Origin: Terriglobia bacterium
Lineage (GTDB): Bacteria; Acidobacteriota; Terriglobia; 20CM-2-55-15
Direction of reading: 5' to 3'
Assembly (NCBI GenBank): GCA_965198225.1
Contig: CBDAOY010000004.1
Location: forward strand, 192,001 to 256,000
DNA: 64,000 nt
Shown here: piece after piece, positions 21,255-31,227 of the stretch
How positions within the stretch are numbered: the stretch's first letter is position 1
How the letters are laid out: each line of letters begins with the position of its first letter
Made by a program: the position numbers and the translations under genes
Notes under the pieces: model-generated
What the model was told of the DNA's origin: nothing
The model's database searches: none
Seen by the model: only the letters and a program-made list of their open reading frames with translations

Positions 21255-21992
21255 CTACGTTTGCATGACTCGACGGAACCGCTGCAGCAATAGCCAGATG
21301 AGCGAGCTCTGATACGCCCATCCCGCCAAGAGGAAGACCCAGAATCCCGGTTCTCCTGCTTCCAGCATCCAAAAGACCTTCGCCGGCCAGTAGTGGGGGG
21401 CGATACCGAAAAGCAGTTGCCACTGAGACGGTACGAAGTAAGCGATTATCGGCGGCCAGTTGGCTGCTCCCGACGCCTTCATCAGTGCGAATCCCTGGAC
21501 TTTGTTTGCTGAGAAGGCGGCGAGAAAAAGGGCGAAGAGCGGTGCCAGCGGTGCCGCCGCAAGAGCCGCCAGGAAGAGATCGACGAAGGCCAGTTGCACC
21601 AAGCCCACAACCGGTACGGCAACCAGAGTCATCAGTAAGCCGAGCAGCGTCGGGAGGGTGATGCGATAGGCAAGGTAGCCGGTCAGAGACAGCGGAGTCA
21701 CCTGCAGAGCTGTCAGAGTCTGATCGTCACGCTGGTCGAGCAGCAAGAAACCTACTACGACTCCGGCCATCATCGGCATGACCAGTACGATGAAGCTCAC
21801 CAGTAGCGGATAATAAGGCTCGATATCGAGCTGGAAGCTCTCCAACAGGCGGACCTGCACCGCAGGTGTCCCCCAGCGGCAAAGGAAGGCGATCAGGATC
21901 GGAATGAAGAAGAGCCATCGCAGCATGGAGTCGCGACGGACGCTCTTGAAATCGATGGGTCCGAGCGCTCCGAGGGCCTTCATCGCATTCAT
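21255..21992 (-). CDS. ABC exporter permease (fluoroquinolone-export type)
   Basis: Six TM segments; GFLLLDQRDDQTLTALQVTPL and ANKVQGFALMK; operon with ATPase. Confidence 0.8.
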   Translation of the reverse strand: MNAMKALGALGPIDFKSVRRDSMLRWLFFIPILIAFLCRWGTPAVQVRLLESFQLDIEPYYPLLVSFIVLVMPMMAGVVVGFLLLDQRDDQTLTALQVTPLSLTGYLAYRITLPTLLGLLMTLVAVPVVGLVQLAFVDLFLAALAAAPLAPLFALFLAAFSANKVQGFALMKASGAANWPPIIAYFVPSQWQLLFGIAPHYWPAKVFWMLEAGEPGFWVFLLAGWAYQSSLIWLLLQRFRRVMQT

Positions 21993-21993
21993 G

Positions 21994-22698
21994 TCAGCGA
22001 GTTCCTTCCTTTCGCGTGATGAAACGATGAAAAGCCTTTCGCGAGAGGACGAACAGCAGTCCGATCCAGGCCGCCGAATAGACGATTCCGTAGCTCCATT
22101 CCCACAGCTCTATGCTGCCGAAGGCAGCTTCGAGTATGACCAGGGGAGCCTGCAAAGGATGCAAGTAGAAGAGCCAACCGGTCCACAGGTCGAAGTAGGG
22201 CAGAAACGGGATGGAAAAGAACGTCGCCCAGAGCATTGAAGGGAAGATGTACTCGTTGATCGAGTCGTAGCGCGCCACCGCCAGGAAACCGCTGAGGGTG
22301 TAGATAGCCGATGCAGCCACAATTCCCAGGATCAGGGTCAAAGGATCGAAGTCCCATCGGATCGCCAGTGCGACGATGAACAGATGCTCGGCGATGGCCA
22401 GGCCTGTCAACGTGAGCAATTTGGATCCGAGGTACTCCCAGATCCTCAAGGGAGTAACCACCTGCGCTTCCAGAGTTCCTTCTCCTTTTTCGAGCAGCAC
22501 CAGACCGGCAATGAACATGAAAGTCCCGATTACCAGGTTTCCCAAGACGATTGCCGGCAAAAAGTAATCCCAGTTCCGCACGTGAATCTGGCTTACGAGG
22601 ATGGCGAACAGGATCAGCATGAAAGCGACCGCCCAGTAAAACCCGTTGCGAGCCTGAAGGCGGACGTCACAGGCGACTGTCGATAGGAGGCGAGTCAT
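21994..22698 (-). CDS. ABC exporter permease (fluoroquinolone-export type)
   Basis: DVRLQARNGFY and LVLLEKGEGTLEAQVVTPL; multiple TM segments. Confidence 0.8.
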   Translation of the reverse strand: MTRLLSTVACDVRLQARNGFYWAVAFMLILFAILVSQIHVRNWDYFLPAIVLGNLVIGTFMFIAGLVLLEKGEGTLEAQVVTPLRIWEYLGSKLLTLTGLAIAEHLFIVALAIRWDFDPLTLILGIVAASAIYTLSGFLAVARYDSINEYIFPSMLWATFFSIPFLPYFDLWTGWLFYLHPLQAPLVILEAAFGSIELWEWSYGIVYSAAWIGLLFVLSRKAFHRFITRKEGTR

Positions 22699-23549
22699 AT
22701 CAGCTGCCTCCCCGTCACCTCGATGAAAACGTCCTCCAGCGAAGCTTCAAGAGTGTGAAGAGTCCGGGTTTTCTGAGTCTTCAAGAGTTCCAGAAAGTCG
22801 ACGTTCGACCCGAGATTCTCCAGAGGGAACTCGCGGGCTTGCGTCTGATCATCCGGACCGTACTCGATCCGGATTCGTGCCTGTCCGTAGCGCAGCTTCA
22901 GATCCCTGGGGGACTCGATCAGCTCGATGCGTCCTTCGACGATGAAAGCCAGGCGGTCGCACAATTCGTCGGCTGCCGACATGTCGTGGGTGGTTAGAAA
23001 CACTGTCTTCCCTTGCAGCTTTTGAGCCTGGATAAGATCCTTGATCCGGCGTGCATTAAGCGGGTCGAGGCCGGCAGTGGGCTCGTCCAGGAACAGCAGT
23101 TCCGGATTGTGCAGCAGAGATCTGGAGAAGCTCAACCGGTTCTTCATCCCCTTGGAATACTGAGACACGAGCATATCGCCGTCGCCGCCGAGTCCGACCA
23201 TCTCGAGGAGCTCCCGGGGACTCCGTGTCTCTCGAGAGTAGAGCGATGCAAAGTAAGTCAGATTCTCGATGGCTGTCAGCTTGAGGTAGTGATTTGGATA
23301 CTCGAAGGAGACACCGATGCGTTCGTAATAGTCGGAATCCCGGCCGGCCAGATCCTTGCCAAAGATCGAGGCCGCCCCACTGTACCCTTGCAGGATTCCA
23401 ATGAGGATCTTCTGAGTGGTGGATTTACCAGCGCCGCTTGGGCCCAGGAAACCAAAGATCTCTCCCTGACCAACCTCGAAGGAAAGAGCTTGGATGGCGG
23501 GTTCAGGTGATCCTGAATAGGTGAAGGTCAGATCGCGGATCTGGATCAT
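22695..23549 (-). CDS. ABC transporter ATP-binding protein
   Basis: Walker A GPSGAGKST, signature YSKGM, Walker B LFLDEPT, H-loop TTHDM. Confidence 0.93.
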   Translation of the reverse strand: MIQIRDLTFTYSGSPEPAIQALSFEVGQGEIFGFLGPSGAGKSTTQKILIGILQGYSGAASIFGKDLAGRDSDYYERIGVSFEYPNHYLKLTAIENLTYFASLYSRETRSPRELLEMVGLGGDGDMLVSQYSKGMKNRLSFSRSLLHNPELLFLDEPTAGLDPLNARRIKDLIQAQKLQGKTVFLTTHDMSAADELCDRLAFIVEGRIELIESPRDLKLRYGQARIRIEYGPDDQTQAREFPLENLGSNVDFLELLKTQKTRTLHTLEASLEDVFIEVTGRQLI

Positions 23550-25781
23550 TCAACGGTTCGTGGACTGGACCGCGTCCGGGAGCTTGATCGGCTGGACCAG
23601 CGCACCATTGCCGGCGGAGTCCCAGACGGCAAATCGCACCCACTTCTTTCCGGTGACGTCGATCGGGATCTCGAAGCGTTGGCGACCGAACGGGGGCAGG
23701 TCCGTTGCGGGGATAATCTGCCGATCTGTTTTCTGCCCGTCGCCCCAGACCACTTCGACGAACTCCAGCGGGAAGGTCCACTCCACCTCGGCAACGACCG
23801 TCCGGTCCCTACCGGCTCCTTCGACCGCATAGGAGGGAATCAACACCTCACCCGACGTGACAAAATAGTCTCCGCGCTTGATCGCGTTGATCACCGGACT
23901 CATGTCGTCCGGGGTCGGCAACGTATCGACTCTGATGTAGTTGACCGGGTTATTGGCGTAGATGTCGTCGCCCGGTTGTTTCGCATAGGTCTCGGTGATG
24001 GCGAGGATGTATTTGGGCGGTGTCGGCTGGTCCGCCACCCAGTTGTTCATGTCATCGAAGAGGGGCATGACGCGAAAGTCCGATAAGCGCCGCTCCGACA
24101 GATCCAGTCCCATACCCCATCGCCAACCCACGCCGCGATAGTGCTCGTCCCGGAAATGTGGAGTGTCCTTGACGGCGTCCGGGTACCCGGTCGATCCCTT
24201 CGTGCGCGGGTGCGGCATGAAGATCAGCGCGTTCTCACGCCGCGCCATCTCCATCACGTCTTCGGCGCTCCCGACGCGGTAGAGGCGGCCGAAGGTGGGG
24301 TCCTCTTCGACGAACGGCTGTCCAGCAGCGCGCTCGGTCGTCCAGAAGACGGGATGCGAGAACAGGATGTCCCAATGTCCGCCCAGATACGCCGTCATTT
24401 CCTCGTTCGGCATGATCAGGAAATTCGTGTCGGAATGTCTGCGGACGGCTTCGAAGTAGTCCGCCATCACCTCCAGCCGATCCGGACCTCTTTCTCGATC
24501 GGTCGGGCCGACGATGTCCATACCGGCCGCCTTGAGGGCGTCCAGGTCGGGCAGCTTCGTGTCCAGGCTGCCGGACGCCCGCAATCGGTCGGCCACGTTC
24601 ATGTGGAAGTGGCCGCCCATGACCTGGTATCCGTCAAGGGGCTTGAAGTGATCCCCGTGCGTGAAGGCCAGTGCCGACTCCAGTGCAGTCGAGGCCGGCC
24701 CGGGGTTCACGTAGAAATACGCCGCCATCCGCTGCCACGTACCCGGCGGTGCGCTGTAGAGCGAGAAATTGGCCTGATAGCGTGGGTTTTCCTCGCCCTC
24801 GCCCTGACGGATGCCGAAGGAGAACGACGCCTCATCGTCCTTGCGGTACCAGGCGTACCCGAGGTTGGTTTCCACTTCCCGGGTCCAGAAGAAGGTGTGT
24901 GGAGGCGGGAACGCCGCGATCGAGCCGGCCTCGCTCTCGGCTACGATCACGCGGTTGCTGACTTTCAGCGGCACCTCACCTTTGTTCGGGGTTCCGCCAA
25001 ACCAGTAGTCTTGCTGGAGGTTCGACAGATCGCGCCAGACCACGCGCGTGTCGTCCCCGGTCGGCAGGCCCTTTAGCCCCGCGTGGTACTTGTACGCAAC
25101 GGAAGGCTCCTGGGTTCTGGCGATGGCTTCCGCGCGGATCAGGTTGGTGCCTCTGTAAACGGTGAACTGGAGACGCCCTGAGAAGACGCCGACTTCCATA
25201 CCGGGAAACGACACCTCCAGACGCGCGCCGTTCGTTTTCACATCGCAGCGTTCGGCTTGATAGGTGGCCGTTGTGCGGCGGACTTCATCCAGCCTGCGGG
25301 GCAGCCCGGGCTGGTGGGCCACACCCTCCGGGGGAGGCGGGTTACCGATACGTCCCTCGCCCTGGTCCAGATCCAGCGGCGCGTCCCAGAAGGCGTCCCA
25401 TTTCTTTTCGTCGATGATCTCGGGCGTGAGTTCGACACCCAGTGCTCTGAGCGGGTTCAGCTGCTGGTTCGTGATGCGCCGGAACCCGGAAACGACATGA
25501 AACTCCGGGGTCACATTGCTGACGACGGAAACCCATCCTGCCGCCCCGTCGGGTCGGATCGCGATATCGTTGATCGTCGGCTTGCCTCCGCGGATCCCCA
25601 GCCGCAGCCGCACTTCCTGGTCGTCGGCCCCGTCCCAGGTCAATTCGAGTGTGTCGCCGGAGAGGGCGGCCGTCAGGCCCGCAACGTTCTCGTACTCCTG
25701 CAGGCCACAATCCAGGCTCTGGCCGTAGGTCACCGGGCCAAACATCAGTAGAGCGCTGAGCAGTGCGACGGGGAATTTCAT
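23550..25781 (-). CDS. Secreted hypothetical protein with possible C-terminal PHP-like metallohydrolase domain
   Basis: Signal peptide; HFH, NEE, GGHW, PHPR and GDYFVTSG motifs; stop abuts the ABC start. Confidence 0.7.
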   Translation of the reverse strand: MKFPVALLSALLMFGPVTYGQSLDCGLQEYENVAGLTAALSGDTLELTWDGADDQEVRLRLGIRGGKPTINDIAIRPDGAAGWVSVVSNVTPEFHVVSGFRRITNQQLNPLRALGVELTPEIIDEKKWDAFWDAPLDLDQGEGRIGNPPPPEGVAHQPGLPRRLDEVRRTTATYQAERCDVKTNGARLEVSFPGMEVGVFSGRLQFTVYRGTNLIRAEAIARTQEPSVAYKYHAGLKGLPTGDDTRVVWRDLSNLQQDYWFGGTPNKGEVPLKVSNRVIVAESEAGSIAAFPPPHTFFWTREVETNLGYAWYRKDDEASFSFGIRQGEGEENPRYQANFSLYSAPPGTWQRMAAYFYVNPGPASTALESALAFTHGDHFKPLDGYQVMGGHFHMNVADRLRASGSLDTKLPDLDALKAAGMDIVGPTDRERGPDRLEVMADYFEAVRRHSDTNFLIMPNEEMTAYLGGHWDILFSHPVFWTTERAAGQPFVEEDPTFGRLYRVGSAEDVMEMARRENALIFMPHPRTKGSTGYPDAVKDTPHFRDEHYRGVGWRWGMGLDLSERRLSDFRVMPLFDDMNNWVADQPTPPKYILAITETYAKQPGDDIYANNPVNYIRVDTLPTPDDMSPVINAIKRGDYFVTSGEVLIPSYAVEGAGRDRTVVAEVEWTFPLEFVEVVWGDGQKTDRQIIPATDLPPFGRQRFEIPIDVTGKKWVRFAVWDSAGNGALVQPIKLPDAVQSTNR

Positions 25782-25993
25782 TGTCCTTGCCTCCTTAGTC
25801 TAATTACCACATCACCTTCACGCGAGAAACTACAAACGCTGTCCGATATAATCGGGATCGTGTCGGGTTCTACCGATCCCGGTTGCAGATGCCGAGCGGA
25901 GCCCGAACGCCGTTTGCAAGTAGCTTTTCGAGCCCCCGGTACGATCCCATGTCAACTCAGCCGCCGTGTGTTACAGGCGGAAGAAAGGAAGAC

Positions 25994-26767
25994 ATGAATT
26001 CTAGAAGATGGACTCAGGTTTTAGCCGTCGTTCTGGTCCTGGCGTTCTTCGGCTGCGGCAACCGTACGGGTTCCAACGAAGACGCCGGTGATGGAGCTTC
26101 GGAACCGGCTGCTTCCGAGGACGCTTCAACGAACTCGACGGTTTCGGACGCTTCGGTGAGTTACCAGGGTATCGACGTGTCCCATGACCAGGGCGATGTC
26201 GATTGGGCTGCCGTGAAGGCCGGCGGCATCACGTTCGTATTCGCCAAAGCCACGCAGGGACACACTGAGGTCGATCCGAAATTCACCGAGAACTGGACAG
26301 GACTCAAGAACGCGGAACTCGTCCGCGGGGCCTACCACTTCTTCGATCCCGACGTCGACGCCGAGGCCCAGGCCGAACATTTCATCGCCACGGTACAACT
26401 CGAGCAGGGTGATCTGCCTCCCGTTCTCGACATCGAAGTCACACAGGGAGTGTCCCGAGAAGGTATCGACGACGACATCAAGGTTTGGTTGGAGAAGGTG
26501 GCCGAAGCCTACGGGATCACCCCCATCCTCTACTCTGATCGGTCGTTTATCGAGGAAACCCTCGCCAGCGGGTTCAGCAAATATCCCCTTTGGATCGCGG
26601 AATATTCCCAATCGGCTCCAGCCGCGCCCGGGGACTGGGATGCCTGGACCTTCTGGCAGCATTCCGAGAGCGGTCAGGTTGCGGGCGTCGATGGTGCGGT
26701 CGACCAGGACATCTTCCGGGGCTCCCCGGCAACCTGGAAGCAACTGATGGTACCGGTGACGCAATAA
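25994..26767 (+). CDS. GH25 muramidase (lysozyme), probable lipoprotein
   Basis: Lipobox-like FFGC; GIDVSHDQG, KATQG, GAYHFF, PVLDIE and WTFWQHS. Confidence 0.9.
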   Translation: MNSRRWTQVLAVVLVLAFFGCGNRTGSNEDAGDGASEPAASEDASTNSTVSDASVSYQGIDVSHDQGDVDWAAVKAGGITFVFAKATQGHTEVDPKFTENWTGLKNAELVRGAYHFFDPDVDAEAQAEHFIATVQLEQGDLPPVLDIEVTQGVSREGIDDDIKVWLEKVAEAYGITPILYSDRSFIEETLASGFSKYPLWIAEYSQSAPAAPGDWDAWTFWQHSESGQVAGVDGAVDQDIFRGSPATWKQLMVPVTQ

Positions 26768-26983
26768 CGGACCGCAAGTTTCATCGTTCGAACTAAAGCT
26801 GCCACGAGGTGGCCGCTCTCGCCTGTTCGCGAGGAGTGCCATATCGCGGAGGTTAGTCCGCAGAAGCGGGCTCCTAGCGGCCTCGACGTGAACGACAGTG
26901 GTTCCCCCGGCTTGTCCGAGAACGAAACCGCAACCAGCCACAGGAGGTACGCGCCGGGGGGGAAACCCACGACCCCTATCCGA

Positions 26984-27080
26984 TTGAACCCCCTGCCATG
27001 GCGGTTTGCGATTCCCGAAATTCCGGAACCAAAAAAAAAGCACAAGATGTCGTGGAACGGCCGCCTGAATCGCAGGTCTT
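26984..27080 (+). repeat. Degenerate duplicate of the promoter and 5' end of the gene at 29046
   Basis: About 97 bp similar to 28984-29079, including MSWNGRLNRRS. Confidence 0.85.
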
Positions 27081-27202
27081 ACCATGGCCGCCAAGACGAC
27101 CCGTGTTGTGCAGAAACCAGGGACTCTCGAGTTCGACTTCGACGAACAAAGTGCCGCTGGCTCGAATTAGGATGACCGACAGTCAGCCATTATACTGGTG
27201 CA

Positions 27203-28819
27203 GTGAAGATGACCTGCATTGCTGCCGTGGTGGCCGTCACAGCACTCAGTCTGGCCGGTGCCGAGCCGGCGCCTCCGGCCGAGCAAAACACTGCGCGTGC
27301 GCGCAACGTGATCGTGATGGTCGCGGACGGAGCGGGCTTCAACACGTGGACGGCCGCCTCGATGTGGGAGGGCACGCTCGGCCGTGAGTTCTACGACACC
27401 GACGAATGGACGCCGCTGGCCGTCACTGTCGACTCATTGCGGACCGGTGCGGCGGCCGGGGTCGGCCCGGAGTTCGCGAACACGCAGTTTCCGAACCGCG
27501 TCTACGACCCCGTGCGAGCGTGGGACAGCATGCCGGTGCCCGGCGGCCAGGGCGGACTACGGTTCGAGGGGTACCGGTGGCTGCGCGGTACGGCCCCCGA
27601 TTCCGCCTCGACGGCCTCGGCGATCGCCAGCGGAACCAGGTCGTACGACGGCTCGATCAACGTCGACGGGGCTTGGCAGCCGGTCGAGCGCACGCTCGCA
27701 CGTCTCGCCCACGACTCGGGCCGCCGCGTCGGAATCGTCTCGAGCGTGCCGTTCACCCACGCGACACCTGCGGCTTTGGGCGGGGCGCACAACACGAGCA
27801 GGAACAACTACTGCGAGATCGCGGTCGAGCTTCTGACCTCGGGATTGGTGGACGTCATCGCCGGGGTCGGGCACCCCGATTTTGACAACAACGGCGACGA
27901 GATTGCGGAGGCCGGACGCAAGGACTATCGCTACATTGGCGACAGTCTTGTCTGGGACGCGCTGACCGGTGCCGAAGCCGTCGCGGCCGGAGCAACACTC
28001 TGCGGCCCGATCGAAGCGGGGCCCGGCGTCCCGGTCGAAGACCAGGCAAATCCCGGCACCCCCCAGCCCGGCATCCGGCTCACCGCAGTTCAGGCCGACC
28101 GGCTGAACGGTTGGCCGCTCAAACAGACCCGTGCCGAAATCGAAGCTCTCCGTCACGGAGAGACCCCCGATCGAATGCTGTTAGTGCCGCAGGTCGGCTC
28201 GACCGGGTTCTGGCCGGGTTGGTCTGCGCAGCCCGCCCCGTACCCGGCCCGCATCGGCCCGACCCTCCACAAGGATCGTGGCTCCCGGGCCAACCCCAGG
28301 TTCACTCCGCCCGGCTACGATCCGCCAAACCCCGGTGTGCCGACACTCGAGACGCTGACCCGCGTGGCCCTCAACGCTCTCGACGACGATGAGGACGGCT
28401 TCTTGTTACACGTCGAGGGCGGCGCGGTCGATTGGGCGATGCACGACAACGAGGCCGGCCGCATGATCGAGGAGCTGATGGATTTCAAGGCGTCGATCCG
28501 GGCGGTAGTCGAGTGGGTCGATGCGCGGGAGGCCTGGGACGAGACGCTGCTTGTCGTCACCGCGGACCACGACCACATGCTGTGGGGGCCGCTGGCCGAT
28601 CGCGTGGCGTTTCACCCGCTGCAAGACCGTGGCGCGGGCAAGATGCCCGGCTACAGGTGGCTCGGCACGGCGCATTCGAACGCGTTGGTTCGACTTTTCG
28701 CCCGGGGAGTTGGCGTTGCGGGTCTCGTGGAGGCCGCGGACCGCGATGAACCGTTCCGTGGACCCTACCTTCACCAGGCGGACATCTTCGAGGTGCTCGC
28801 CGGGGCGCTGGAACCCTGA
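27203..28819 (+). CDS. Alkaline phosphatase (PhoA family), secreted
   Basis: NVIVMVADGAG, PDSASTA catalytic Ser, THATPAA, VEGGAVDWAMH and TADHD. Confidence 0.88.
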   Translation: MKMTCIAAVVAVTALSLAGAEPAPPAEQNTARARNVIVMVADGAGFNTWTAASMWEGTLGREFYDTDEWTPLAVTVDSLRTGAAAGVGPEFANTQFPNRVYDPVRAWDSMPVPGGQGGLRFEGYRWLRGTAPDSASTASAIASGTRSYDGSINVDGAWQPVERTLARLAHDSGRRVGIVSSVPFTHATPAALGGAHNTSRNNYCEIAVELLTSGLVDVIAGVGHPDFDNNGDEIAEAGRKDYRYIGDSLVWDALTGAEAVAAGATLCGPIEAGPGVPVEDQANPGTPQPGIRLTAVQADRLNGWPLKQTRAEIEALRHGETPDRMLLVPQVGSTGFWPGWSAQPAPYPARIGPTLHKDRGSRANPRFTPPGYDPPNPGVPTLETLTRVALNALDDDEDGFLLHVEGGAVDWAMHDNEAGRMIEELMDFKASIRAVVEWVDAREAWDETLLVVTADHDHMLWGPLADRVAFHPLQDRGAGKMPGYRWLGTAHSNALVRLFARGVGVAGLVEAADRDEPFRGPYLHQADIFEVLAGALEP

Positions 28820-28983
28820 GGCGCCCGCCGGATTCAGAACTGGCCGGGTGCGCTGCAGTAGCCTGACCTTCTCCAACCGGAAACGCTCAACCGTTGGATT
28901 TCGCTCGATTTGGTCTGAGAACCAAGCCGGACCAGCTTCCAGGTCGTGCACGCTACGCCGAACGTGAGGACCCCCGTCTCCAA

Positions 28984-29012
28984 TTGAACCCCCTGTCACG
29001 GCGGTATACAAT
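28984..29012 (+). promoter_or_regulatory. Sigma70-type promoter
   Basis: TTGAAC-17 nt-TACAAT, followed by AAGGAG RBS and ATG 29046. Confidence 0.6.
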
Positions 29013-29045
29013 TCCCGAAATTCCGGAACCAACAAGGAGAACAAG

Positions 29046-30398
29046 ATGTCTTGGAACGGCCGCTTGAATCGCAGGTCTTTCTTGAAGAGCGCCGGAGTGA
29101 CGGCATTGGCGGGCACGGTTGGAGCAGGTACCTCCATGTCCGCAATTCCGACCCGTATCGCGCAGAAGCCAACGGAGTCCGGGTACGACTTCGACGAAGT
29201 CTACAGCCGTATCGGTACCGACTGCACGAAGTGGGACCGACAGATCGAGAGGTTCGACGTAGACATCCAGGTGGGCATGGGCGTCGCGGACATGGATTTC
29301 AGGGCGGCACCCTGTATAACCCAAGCGCTGGCGGAGCGTTGCGGGCACGAAAACTGGGGCTACCTGAGTTCGTCGGCCAGGGCTTCCTACATCGAAGCCA
29401 TCGTCAAATGGAACAAGCGGCGCTACGGTCTCGACATCGACCCAGAGACCCTCGTGCTGTCCAACGGCGTGCACCCCGCCCTCATCGCCGCGCTGCAAGC
29501 GTTTTCGCCTCCAGGCAGCAAGGTCCTCATGACGACGCCCATCTACAACGGATTCTACAGCGACCTCCGTTACTGCAACCTGGAGCCGGAGGACTCTCCG
29601 ATGACCTGGGCCGACGGCCGGTACTCGATCGATTTCGACGATCTGGAGTCGCGTTTCAGTGACGAGACCAAAACCTTCATTCTGTGCAATCCACAGAATC
29701 CGACGGGTAACTGCTGGTCGGCCGAGGACATGATGACGCTGGGCGAGATGTGCCTGCGCCACGGGGTGGTCGTGCTTTCCGACGAGATTCACTGCGACTT
29801 CGTCACGAAGGGGCAGCGCTACATTCCGTTCGCCAGCCTCCCGAACAAAGATGTCGTCAACAACAGCCTCACGTTCAAGGCGGCGAGCAAGTCCTTCAGC
29901 ATCTCGTCCATGAAGAGTGCGTGGTTCTTCTCCACTAATCCGGACTACCTGGCACGGGTGAGAGCCAACAACAGGACGGATCTGACGACCCTGGGCATGG
30001 TGGCCAACCAGGCTGCGCTGAACGAAGGCGAGGACTGGCTCGATCAGTTGTTGATCTACATCGACGGCAACCATGACTTCGTCGAAGCCTACGTGAAGGA
30101 CAGAATGCCGCTCGTCCGATACACGAAGGCCCAGGGCACGTTCCTGGCCTGGCTGGACGTCAGCCAGGTCGTAGACAAGATCGGTGCGAACCGTACCGCC
30201 GCGGCAACCAGCACTTCACGCAGACAGGTCACCCCCGAGGCAATCGTCGAGCGTTGGTTCGTCGACAACGCAAAGGTGCACATGAACCCCGGCTCATCGT
30301 ACCGGGGCGCCGGCCACATGCGGATGAACCTGGGGGCGAGCCGAAAGCTCGTCGAGCTGGCGCTCGACAACATGGCGACCGCCCTCGAAAAAGCGTAG
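29046..30398 (+). CDS. MalY/PatB-like PLP-dependent C-S lyase/aminotransferase with Tat signal
   Basis: NRRSFLK twin-arginine motif; MGVADMDF, LCNPQNPTG, SDEIHCD and ASKSF (PLP Lys). Confidence 0.88.
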   Translation: MSWNGRLNRRSFLKSAGVTALAGTVGAGTSMSAIPTRIAQKPTESGYDFDEVYSRIGTDCTKWDRQIERFDVDIQVGMGVADMDFRAAPCITQALAERCGHENWGYLSSSARASYIEAIVKWNKRRYGLDIDPETLVLSNGVHPALIAALQAFSPPGSKVLMTTPIYNGFYSDLRYCNLEPEDSPMTWADGRYSIDFDDLESRFSDETKTFILCNPQNPTGNCWSAEDMMTLGEMCLRHGVVVLSDEIHCDFVTKGQRYIPFASLPNKDVVNNSLTFKAASKSFSISSMKSAWFFSTNPDYLARVRANNRTDLTTLGMVANQAALNEGEDWLDQLLIYIDGNHDFVEAYVKDRMPLVRYTKAQGTFLAWLDVSQVVDKIGANRTAAATSTSRRQVTPEAIVERWFVDNAKVHMNPGSSYRGAGHMRMNLGASRKLVELALDNMATALEKA

Positions 30399-30403
30399 CC
30401 GAA

Positions 30404-30587
30404 GTGCAGGTGCGGTCTATGACCGCACACTGTTCCAGCTTGAGGGAGGCGTGGGGGGACCGGACCAGCTGTCTTTCTCCACACACCCGCGCAGTGGGAT
30501 CGGTACTTGAACGCTCAAACGGTCGTCAGGAGGGGGACGGTGGGCCCGACGCTAATGAATGGTTCCGCTCATAGAGCGCACCTACAC
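30404..30587. repeat. REP doublet copy 3 with about 135 nt expanded spacer
   Basis: Left arm 30404-30428; right arm (partial) 30566-30587. Confidence 0.8.
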
Positions 30588-30607
30588 CCACACGTGAAGT
30601 CTCGCCC

Positions 30608-31219
30608 TTACAGATTCTGCTCGAGGATGCCGAGGTGAACCCGGGCGACCGCGTGCATGTAGCCGCCGGAGAGGTAAAAACGATCGGAGGCGGCGCCGCG
30701 AATGTGATCGCGCGCGCTCTCATCGTCTCCGGTCGCTTCGAAGTACAGGCCGACATAAAGGTGGGCATAGAACTGCGAGAGCGGTTCCTCGCCCGCGGCT
30801 TCCAGCACCTGCTCCGGAGTGAGTTCGCCGCGGAACATCTCGTAGATCTCCGTCATCGGGGAGCGTCGATCCGGTCCGACAGGCAGTAGAGCCTCGCGGG
30901 CCTCGTCGGGAGATGCCCCACGGGCCACGCAGAGGAAATGCCAGGCGGCGTTCTCGACGTCGTTCGGGTTCACCGTCCGATGCGACTCGAACTGGGCGCG
31001 GCAATCTTCATAGCGTCCGCCGTAGTAGAGCGCGATGCCGCGCTGCCAGAGCTCCGGGGCGAAGCCGGGGATGAGCTCGACCAGGCGGTCGAACCCCTCG
31101 TTGGATTCGGCGATGCGTCCGTTCTCGAAATCGGCAACGGCGCGATCGAATACCGACTGGGGCGACTGCGCAAAGAGGGGAACGACGAGGACCAGCACCA
31201 GGAACGGGCGTGACAGCAT
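30608..31219 (-). CDS. Secreted TPR protein (NlpI-like)
   Basis: AAGGAG RBS; signal peptide; LWQRGIALYY, VNPNDVENAAW and FYAHLYVGLY. Confidence 0.8.
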   Translation of the reverse strand: MLSRPFLVLVLVVPLFAQSPQSVFDRAVADFENGRIAESNEGFDRLVELIPGFAPELWQRGIALYYGGRYEDCRAQFESHRTVNPNDVENAAWHFLCVARGASPDEAREALLPVGPDRRSPMTEIYEMFRGELTPEQVLEAAGEEPLSQFYAHLYVGLYFEATGDDESARDHIRGAASDRFYLSGGYMHAVARVHLGILEQNL

Positions 31220-31227
31220 TTGCTCCT

